From Octopus vulgaris (lineage: Eukaryota): 64,000 nucleotides of DNA. The translations under genes and the position numbers were made by a program. This document shows positions 54,404 through 64,000 of this stretch, in pieces. The DNA lies in contig OX597824.1 of NCBI GenBank assembly GCA_951406725.2, forward strand, positions 56,916,001 through 56,980,000. Direction: 5' to 3'. The stretch's first letter is position 1; each line of letters opens with the position of its first letter. The notes beneath the pieces were generated by a model. It made no database searches. It had not been told where the DNA came from and saw nothing but the letters and a program-made list of their open reading frames with translations.

Positions 54404-54805
54404 ATATATATATATATGATACATATAAACATATACATACTGCAACAAAGTTCGATTTGCTGACCTACACACACACACTTATGCACCCGAAAAAGACACG
54501 GATATGTACGCGCATACATAGATACATATATGAACTATATCGGGTTTGATTGGGATTTAAAAACATCAAAACAACAAAGCTACCAACAACATTCAGACTG
54601 TTTAAGAATAATATCAGTAATTATTTGAGGCACATAATTATGCAGAATTTCTGGTCATTTATAAGCTGGATTTCATAAAGTATAAAGGTAAAACTTAAAA
54701 ATTAGAATTACCAGGCATTAATAGAAATATAAAAATATGAATAGAAACTTAGTCGGTAGTACACATCCATCCATCTACCCATCAAGCCAATCAGTCAGCC
54801 AGGAC

Positions 54806-54845
<40 letters not shown>

Positions 54846-54921
54846 TAAAGCGGAAATAGCAAACAGTCTGGCAAGAACTGAAGGGCATTTAATTTAGCTA
54901 TATAATGTAAGATTTATTTAG

Positions 54922-54995
54922 TCTCTAATAGCTGTTTCTAGAATATCCCACCTATTGGAACATCCTGTCGAGCGAGTATTCCGTCGTCGGAGAGA
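54922..54995 (-). ncRNA. degenerate hammerhead-like motif (U4C) in PLE fragment
   Basis: TCTCT-CCGACGA-C GGAATA...TATTCT A-GAAA-CAGCTA-TT-AGAGA. Confidence 0.45.
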
Positions 54996-55231
54996 GAGAG
55001 AGAGATCAAACAGTGGAAGAATATTCGTCATCAATGATAATTATTGCGGGATATTACGTCTTGAAAGGGAGAAGAAATCCAATTAAATCCAACTTCTTTT
55101 CTGCTTTGAGTCACCCATGACGAAAACTCCTTGTATCATTTACATACATGCATGCCTACATGAATACATACATAATACATACATACACACATACATACAT
55201 ACATACATACATACATACATACATACATACA

Positions 55232-55262
<31 letters not shown>

Positions 55263-55338
55263 GCACAATCATTGCAAGCTAACAGAAGTATCTAACATTT
55301 GTTAGATACTTTTTGGGAACGTCAACTTCAAAATCATT

Positions 55339-55371
<33 letters not shown>

Positions 55372-55542
55372 TCTTCTCTTTCTCTTTCTATTTTTTCTCT
55401 CTCCCACCACTTATTATTTTCTGATTTTCGTTTTCGTTTTCTTTTTCTAGCTTGCAAGAACTAAGTTGTATATTTAGAATTATGCACGGAGACGCATTAC
55501 GTATGTATATATATGTACATAGATATCTATATATGCATTAGA

Positions 55543-55610
<68 letters not shown>

Positions 55611-57420
55611 GTTTTGCCTGTATTTATTTGTACATATATGTAGGCATGTACCAACGTTTGTATGTTTAGAGTATATATGTATATATAGTTTTTTTGGTGT
55701 GTGTATGTATAAGTAAATGTTTATGTATTTTTATGATGTTAGTTCTTTGCAAGGCAATGTTTTTATTTTAAACGGACATAGCTTTTTAATTAATTTAAAT
55801 TTATTTTACCGTTAATTAATTTACCCTGGATATATAGGGTTTTTCCCTTCTACTAAAGCTAATTTTTGATTTAAGGCTTTCTTCGATTTTAAATATGATT
55901 TTAAATCGTAATTTTGATATAACCGGTTATTGAAAAGACCGTTAATTGAAAAGGACCAATGAAACAAAATCAATTTCAAATGAGTATCTATCAATGTAAT
56001 TGTATATTCATACATATAACTTGTATGTGGCTGTGTGGTAAGAAACTTACTTCTCAATCACATGGGCACAAGTACAGTGTCACACTGTGGCACCTTGGGC
56101 ATGTAACCTCTACTATAGCTTTGGGCCGACCAAAGCTTTATGAATGTACTAGCAGAAATACCCGGCGTTGCCCGGTTACATTCAATTGAAGAATTAGACT
56201 TTTCTGTTATATTTTCTGTAATGAACTGGAATATCTATGTTTCGAATTTCATCAAAATTGCAGATGAGGGTTATTTCCCTCTTTACACATCCAAAACAAA
56301 ATTGTAATCGTGCCACATGTATCCCATACTACTCATTTTTATGCGCATATTCCAAAATTCCAGTCTTATTGAACCTGTTAAAAAGATTTTGCTCCTGGAA
56401 AATGAAGGTCGTGGAGCTCTAAAGTGTGAGAGTTAAGGCCCCTGTTGGGGGTCGGCATCTTAATGTCAACCAGAGAAGTTGAATTGTTGAGAATTTATTT
56501 GAAATAGGAAATATATGTTCACTGGGTTTGTAAAAGAGAGCAAAGCTACAGGAAACCAAAAGACGAATGATCACAATAAGCAGTCAATTACCCTACCCTA
56601 GTCGTTACCACTCCCAATGTAGGATTCCTCACCATCCAGGTGACAGGCACAGCCGTAAGATGCATTACGAATCTATAGCAATTGGAAGGGCGTGATCCAA
56701 CTGAAATCAACATTAACAACTGTGTGAGGTGAGGGTTAAGGAGAAATTAAGCGTCACCTCTGGAGTTTGCAAATGACCACTATACTGATACGTAACTAGA
56801 CAGAATAAATTTACAATCTATAAATGTCTTTGAATAACTAGTCACTCATCTGGGAAGGTCTTGAAATCAATGTTACCATCTGGGGACTACGTGTGACCCA
56901 GTGATAATAAAAAGACTGAAAGGAGGTCTGCAATCAAATAACTTTACTCAACACTTTGCAACTGAATCAGTGTATGCAAAGATGCCTCTCATTTATTTGA
57001 CAATTTAATCACCAAATTGGAGAAATCACAATGTAAGTGTATGTCAAAGCAAACGCTTACACTGTTGTACCATTGAATTACAAATAATGCTCAACTTTTA
57101 TGCTCGGATAACCCTAGAGCACAACTGTATTCGTTTTTGCTTAGGTAAAATGACAAAATTGTGGGTGTTAAGTCCCCATTGGAGGGGTCTTTCTAACTTG
57201 TAAGAAGATGAAATTTTATAAATATTACTTCATTTGTGTGTAATATCTATGGTTAAAATTTCATCAACAGCAAAATTATATGAATTGTCATGGGGGTTAT
57301 GGCCCTTATGCATAGAATATAATTTCCAAATTTCATAAAGATTCATTCAGTACTTTTGACCTACTTTTGGATCATAAAAGAAATGACTAAAATTTGGGAG
57401 TTAAGGCTCCCATTAGAGTG

Positions 57421-57495
<75 letters not shown>

Positions 57496-57800
57496 CATAT
57501 AGATAGATATAGATATAGATACACACACACACATGCAAAGATAAATTGAGTGATACAACTGAGTGGGCAAACAAAACTATGAGGCACAGCCTAGTGCTTC
57601 TTTTATGTTGATAAGCCTGGTACTTATTCTATTAGTTTATTCTTGTGAAATCAGTAAGTTATGTGGATGTAAATAAATGAACAGCAGTTGTGAAACAGTG
57701 ATGAGGGAGAAACACAATGACACACACATAGACTTACATATATACATACATATATATACGATTGATTTGATTCAGTTCCTGTCTACGAAATCCATATATA

Positions 57801-60515
57801 TTGTTGTTGGCATCCTTTTTTGTCTCGGGAGACAATGGAGTTGCGCATAAAATAATGTAGTTCGGCTTTTACATTTCATGTGCTGATACATCTCCTGCTG
57901 TGGCTGTGTAGTCCTATCCTGGACAAACACTCCCTCTGGCAGGTGCCGCAAATGTAGCGAAGACTTTGCCTGGCTGGTTGTAATATCATAGTTTCTTGTT
58001 GACGTCTTTTCTTGTCTTTCCATTTCTCCTCCCTCTCTCTATCACTCATTTGTGTTCCCTCTTACGGTAAGTCGCCAATCTCCACGGTTGCTGGCAACTG
58101 CTTCCCAGTTGGTAATATTGATGTTATAGGCATTCATGTCCCTTTTGCAAACATCCTTGGATCGTAAGAACGGTCTTCCCACAGACCTAGTGACCCTAGC
58201 AAGCTCCCCGTTGAGTATGTCCTTGGGGATTCTGCCATCTTCCATACGGCTAACATGTCCAAGCCATCTCATACATCTTTGTGTGAGGAGTGCAAACATG
58301 CTTGGTATTCCTGCTTGCTTGAGGACATCTTTGTTGGGGACATGATTCTGCCATTTGATGCGAAGGATTTTCCGGAGGCAGCGCAGATGAAAGATATAGG
58401 CGACGCTCTTGGCGTGTGTATGGCGTCCAAGTCTCACTTCCATACAGTAAAGTGCTAAGTATATATGCCTGGCAAATCTTCATTTTTGTGGTCTTGGTCA
58501 GCTTATTGTTGTCCCATGCCCGTTTGGAGAGTTGGGCCATCACAGCAGCTGCCTTGCCAATGCGTATATTGAGCTCAGCATCAAGGGATAGGTTGTAGGT
58601 GACGGTAGAGCCAAGATAGGTAAACCTCTCCACCTCCTGTAGTCTGTGGTCTCCAATATGTATGTTTGGGATGTCCGATGTAGCCTAACCCATGATGTTG
58701 GTCTTCTTGAGGCTGATAACTAAGCCCAATTCACTACATGCTTGCTAAAAACAGTTGATGAGCCTTTGTAGGGCTTCTTCTGTGTGTGATACCAGAGCGG
58801 CATCATCAGCAAATACCATCTCCTTGATCAGGACGCTTCTGATTTTGATCTTGGCACGCAGACGTGAGAGACTGAACAGTTTCCCATCACTTCTACTGTG
58901 CAGAAACACTCCATCATCTGATGTCTCAAAAGCATGTGACAGCAGCAGCCAAATAAGATGCCAAATAATGTAGGAGCAAGGACACAACCTTGCTTTACCC
59001 AATTCTTATTTGGAAGGCGGCTGATGTTGAACCATTGTGCTGTATGGTGCCTTGCATATCATCATGGAAAGATTTGATGATCCTCAGCAGCTTTGGTGGA
59101 CATCCGATTTTTTGGAGCAGGATGAAGAGGCCTTTTCTACTTACCAAGTCAAAGGCCTTTGTCAGATCAATGAAGGCCATATATAATGACATTTTCTGCT
59201 CTCTGGACTTCTCCTAAATTTGGCGTATGGAGAATATAATGTCAATAGTTGATCTGCTTCTTCAAAAGCCACACTGCGATTCTAGATAAATTCGAGAAGC
59301 AAGCAGTTGCAGCTTAGACAGGATAATGCGAGCAAAGGCCTTTCTAACAGTGCTTAGAAGAGATATTCCACGGTAATTGTTACAATCACCACGGTCACCT
59401 TTGTTTTTGTAAAGCGTAATGATGTTAGCATCCCGCATATCCTGAGGGACTGTACCCTCTTCCCAGCATTGACACAAAAGCTCATGAAGGTGCCGAAGCA
59501 GGATGGTGTTTTTGCCGGTTTTGATGATCTCTAAGGGGATGCCGTCTTTTCCCGGAGCCTTGTTACTTGCTAGGGAGTCAATAGCCTTGGTGAGCTCTGC
59601 TATAGATGGCAGACAAGCAAGTTCGCACATGACTGGCAAGATCTTGAGACCCTCGATTGCAGCTTCAGCTACCGTGGTCTCCCGTGAGTAGAGATCCTGG
59701 TAGTACTCCACCCATCTATCCATTTGTTTGCTTTGGTCCTTGTTGAGATCTCCAGTAGTTGATTTCAGAGGGGCTGACTTGGTTGCGGATGGACCGAGAG
59801 CCTTCTTCAAACAGGCATTCATCCCACGGGTGTCGCCACTGTCAGCAGCTGACTGGATACTCTGACAGATTTCCTGCCAATACCTATTTGCACAGCGTCT
59901 GGCAGTCAGTTGGGTTTTATTTCTTGTCTTTCTGAGTTCTTCGAGTGACTTTGTAGAAGAGTCACTCTTGTATTGCATCAGAGCTGCACGCTTTGCTTCG
60001 ATAACTATTTCCAGCTCTGAGAGCCCAGCACTGAACCAATCTATGTTTTGCCTTTCTCTCATGCCGAAAGTATCTATTGATGTGGTATACAAAGCTTCCA
60101 TGGTATAATTCCACCTACTTTCAGCAGAGGAGGTTGGGCAGCTACTGAGGGAAACCTTGATAGAAACAGCAAAACATTGTCGTAGGGTCCGAGGTTCTGG
60201 CAGTGTTAATGCGTGATTGGCCCATTTTCTTGGAGTGATGGACATTTTTAGGCAGAATCCTCACCCTACTTCTTATTAGTGAATGATCTGTGTCACAATC
60301 CGCGCTGTGGTAACTACGGGTCAGTTGAACAGAATTCAGAAATGATCTCCTTGTAATGATGAGATCCAGCTGATGCCAGTGGTGAGATCTTTGATGTCTC
60401 CAAGATGCCTTGTGGGATGTCTTGTTTGCTTAGAATGTGTTAGTGATGCACAGGTTATGGTATGTGCAAAATTCAAGTAGTCTCTGACCATTGTCATTCA
60501 TGTTGCCAATACCAA
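57801..60515 (-). mobile_element. 5'-truncated degraded RTE-clade LINE
   Basis: KAPGKDGIP, YRGISLL, FIDLTKAFDLV, FADD, FTYLGS, LLYGSETW, RWLGHV, GRP; (CAA)n 3' tail. Confidence 0.92.
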
Positions 60516-60583
60516 AATACATACACTTACATATATACATATATATATATACGATTGATTTTTTTTCAGTTCCTGTCTACGAA

Positions 60584-60701
<118 letters not shown>

Positions 60702-60802
60702 ACACACACACACACACACACACACAAAGATTAATTGATAGATACAACTAAGTGGGCAAACAAAAATATGAGACACTGCGCAGTGCTTTTTTATATTTTG
60801 AT

Positions 60803-61110
60803 AAGCCTGGTACTTATTCTATCAGTTTCTTCTTGTGAAACCAGTAAGTTATGGGGATGTAAATAAACGAACACCAGTTTTGAAGCAGTGATGAGGGAGA
60901 AACACAAAGACACACACATAGACTTACATATATACATACATATACATACAATTGATTTCTTTCAGTTTCTGTCTACAAATTCCACCGACAAGGCTTTGGT
61001 TGGTCTGAGGCTATAGCAGAAGACACATGCTAAGTTACCACACAGTGGGACTGAACTGAGGACCATGTGTTTTGGAACGAGGTTTGTTACCACACAGCCA
61101 CACCTGCACC
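60803..61110 (-). mobile_element. SINE family 1
   Basis: Same motifs; partially duplicated at 57530-57800. Confidence 0.75.
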
Positions 61111-61452
61111 TATATGTGTGTGTGTGTGTGTATGGGTGTATATATGTATGCATGTATATATGTGTATATATATATGTGTACATATTACATGTACATCTAT
61201 ATATATATATATACATCTAGACATACATGTATATCTATAGAAATACATCTATACATATACATGTATACATACACAGCTATATATATATACTTGTGTATGT
61301 ATATATATATATATATATCCATATATATATTGTTATATTTCGGAATGGTCATATTGTGCATCACTAACACATTCTAAGCAAACAAGACATCCCACAAGGC
61401 ATCTTGGAGACATCAAAGATCTCACCACTGGCATCCATATATATACATGTAT

Positions 61453-61552
<100 letters not shown>

Positions 61553-61845
61553 CCCATATACATACAATAAAGAGATGTTTTTGTTTCACTTTTAACACGT
61601 AATACTGAAATAGTGGAGAAGATATAATATTACTGTGGGCTCGCCCTAGGAAAAAAGTTAAAATTTTTTTGCCCATGACACTCCCCGGACTCTTAGTAAG
61701 GTATGTGTAATGAAATTGGTTGCGTAGTTCTCACGTTTTAGGGAAACACACAGACAGACAGACAGACAGACAGACACACATTCTCAGTTTTATATAGATT
61801 TCGTAGGCTGATACTGAAAGAAGTCCGTCGTATATATATATAAAC

Positions 61846-62800
61846 AGGGTCTTGCAGTTATATTGAGACCAATTTAAGCTGATAACTTAGTGGGCTTAAC
61901 ATTTCATTTTCGACAAAACCTTGCTTGAAAATCTAATCTTCCTCTTTATTTTTCTGGTAAATAACGAACTGATTCGACAACAGAAAGTCATGGAACAATA
62001 GAATCGTTCCGCCATTGATGTTTTGGCGCGCGCCGGACACACTGCCAATAAAATTGTTAAGTTGAAGGAACGTCCAAAATCAACAGTTTATCGTGTGTAT
62101 AAACAATTTAGAGAGGAGGGAAAGATTGATAGAAAAAGCACAAGACTCGAAGTGATTCCAAGCGCCATCCAAAGTTTCTCGCTGGCCTCAAACGTTCGAT
62201 TGAAGCCAACTCATCCACATCCATGATAACTCTTGCAAAGAAACGCAATATGTCTTTTCCATGGTGTCCAGAGTTGTGAACAGGAACCTTGGCATAACCA
62301 GCTATGCTCGACGACGCCGTTACCTCCTAACAGAGAAGGCCAAAGCAATCAGAGCCGAGAGATGCCCAAATCTCAAGCATCAAGGCGCAGGCAAAACTCT
62401 CGCGTTTGTGGTCGAGAAGTTCATTGTGGACGCTGAGGTAATTTGCAGACATTCTCGAGAGATTGCATACATCTCTTCTGACGTTTCCCACTGTGTTTGA
62501 CAGTAAGAATCCTGCCTCTGTGATGGTATTTGGAACCGTGGAGAGTCATGGAAGTGCTATGAGTCTGGCTTGAAGATAGGCACAAAGAAGTATCTGGATA
62601 TCCTGAAGAACTCTCTGTTACCTTGGATGGAGCAGACGTTTTTACTTGACAATGTTGTGCTTATTCAGGATTCTGCGCCATGCCATGGGTCAAAAGCAAC
62701 ACAAACCTTCCTTGATTAGAAGGTATACTTTTTTGTGAGGGTCTACATTTGGCCCAAACCAGATCTCAACCTTCTCGATTACATTTTATGGATGTACTTC
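61846..62800 (+). mobile_element. degraded Tc1/mariner-superfamily (maT/DD37D-like) element
   Basis: KSTVYRV HTH, SVMVFG, IQDSAPCH, PDLNLLDYILW with many stops and frameshifts. Confidence 0.7.
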
Positions 62801-62937
62801 GAGCAAGGACCACCGCTTCACCACACTCGAGTGTCCATTAAAATATTAATATTTCTATTTTTGAAAGCCAGTGGAATATATATAAATAAACCTTCGAACA
62901 GACAGTCAACAGCGACGCCTGCTGGGTTTGGCTACTT

Positions 62938-62976
62938 CACATTGAGAAGGGGGAAATACCCCGAAATTAGTCTGTG
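62938..62976 (+). ncRNA. type I hammerhead, U3-A8 variant
   Basis: CACA-TTGAGAA-GGGG GAAATA CCCC-GAAA-TTAG-TC-TGTG. Confidence 0.7.
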
Positions 62977-63092
62977 GGTGTTGAACCAGCAAGGGGAAGC
63001 TGCTGACCTCCCCTGTTCGAAGGTTGTAATGGACACAGGTTTGTGTATCACATATCTAGCTATCAGAGGCAGCATTCGTCCTATTTTCCTGG

Positions 63093-63163
63093 ATAACTAT
63101 TAATATCTAGTATTACGATAACTATTAATATCTAGTATTACGATAACTATTAATATCTAGTAC
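63093..63163. repeat. 25-bp tandem repeat x3
   Basis: GATAACTATTAATATCTAGTATTAC. Confidence 0.9.
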
Positions 63164-63342
63164 TGCTGTCGTAGTCTCCTTCAGAGAAATTTAGAAATAT
63201 ATATATATTATATATAGAGATATAACATAACTATAATTATATATTATTTATATAATAATACATGTTACATTTAAAGCGACTAAACCCAAACAATTGACTG
63301 AAAAATATACGTACATACATATATATATATGTTTATATATAT

Positions 63343-63379
<37 letters not shown>

Positions 63380-63389
63380 ATAATAAATA

Positions 63390-63600
63390 TTAGGGAATAA
63401 ATCCAAATTTACAGGGAAAAAATCAGATTTAGGATTAAATCCAATTTTATAGTAAAATATTATAAAATATTATTAGAGACAAAACCACTATTTTGCAAAA
63501 CAAACAAGGAAAGACTTAATCAATACATAAAATTTTAATAAATAGTATTGATTAAGTCTTTCCTTGTTTGTTTTGCAAAATAGTGGTTTTGTCTCTAATA

Positions 63601-63662
<62 letters not shown>

Positions 63663-64000
63663 TATAATATTAATTCGAGACAAAACCACTATTTTGCAAA
63701 ACAAACAAGGAAAGACTTAATCAATACATAAAAATTTTAATATAAAGTAAATAAACCGCCACTACAATTGTTTCATGTCTTCAAATGACATTCGTCAGGT
63801 GGATTTCCGATCTTCTAATCAGTTTGAAGACATGAAACAATTGTAGTGGCGGTTTATTTACTTTATATTAAAATTTTTATGTATTGATTAAGTCTTTCCT
63901 TGTTTGTTTTGCAAAATAGTGGTTTTGTCTCGAATTAATATTATATAATATTTTACTATAAAATTGGATTTAATCCTACATCTGATTTTTTCCCTGTAAA
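63390..64000. mobile_element. two fold-back (inverted) PLE pLTR fragments around a (TA)n tract
   Basis: Arms 63461-63526/63545-63610 and 63661-63785/63823-63947; shared tail at 63390-63460 and 63948-64000. Confidence 0.8.
63759..63802 (-). ncRNA. type I hammerhead
   Basis: CCAC-CTGACGA-ATGTC ATTTGAA GACAT-GAAA-CAATTG-TA-GTGG. Confidence 0.9.

Noticed and set aside
63093-63163. CRISPR-like repeat
   Set aside because: Head-to-tail 25-mers without spacers in eukaryotic DNA

Overview
Eukaryotic, AT-rich, microsatellite-saturated intergenic or intronic DNA. The tRNA-derived SINE families and the (TA)n/(TATC)n/(TACA)n load suggest an octopus-like cephalopod (inference). No host gene could be supported; almost all listed ORFs are microsatellite artefacts. 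The window is a nest of mobile elements: a near-intact Penelope-like element (PLE; RT + GIY-YIG) with inverted pseudo-LTRs, Tc1 and mariner transposons, RTE, L1/Tx1 and R4/Dong-like LINE remnants, a 5.6-kb non-autonomous Helitron and many SINEs. The unannotated signal is RNA-level. At least 15 hammerhead-ribozyme (HHR) motifs sit in short PLE-derived inserts, mostly in (TA)n tracts, including U3-A8 covariant cores. Two sequence-unrelated families carry the three hammerhead strands in a NON-circularly permuted (pseudoknotted) order, and one of them forms a 707-nt retrozyme-like repeat-body-repeat unit. The intact PLE also has a U UUU UUA slippery site that would fuse an upstream ORF to the AUG-less RT frame. 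All folds and alignments were made by eye; boundaries of degraded repeats are approximate.
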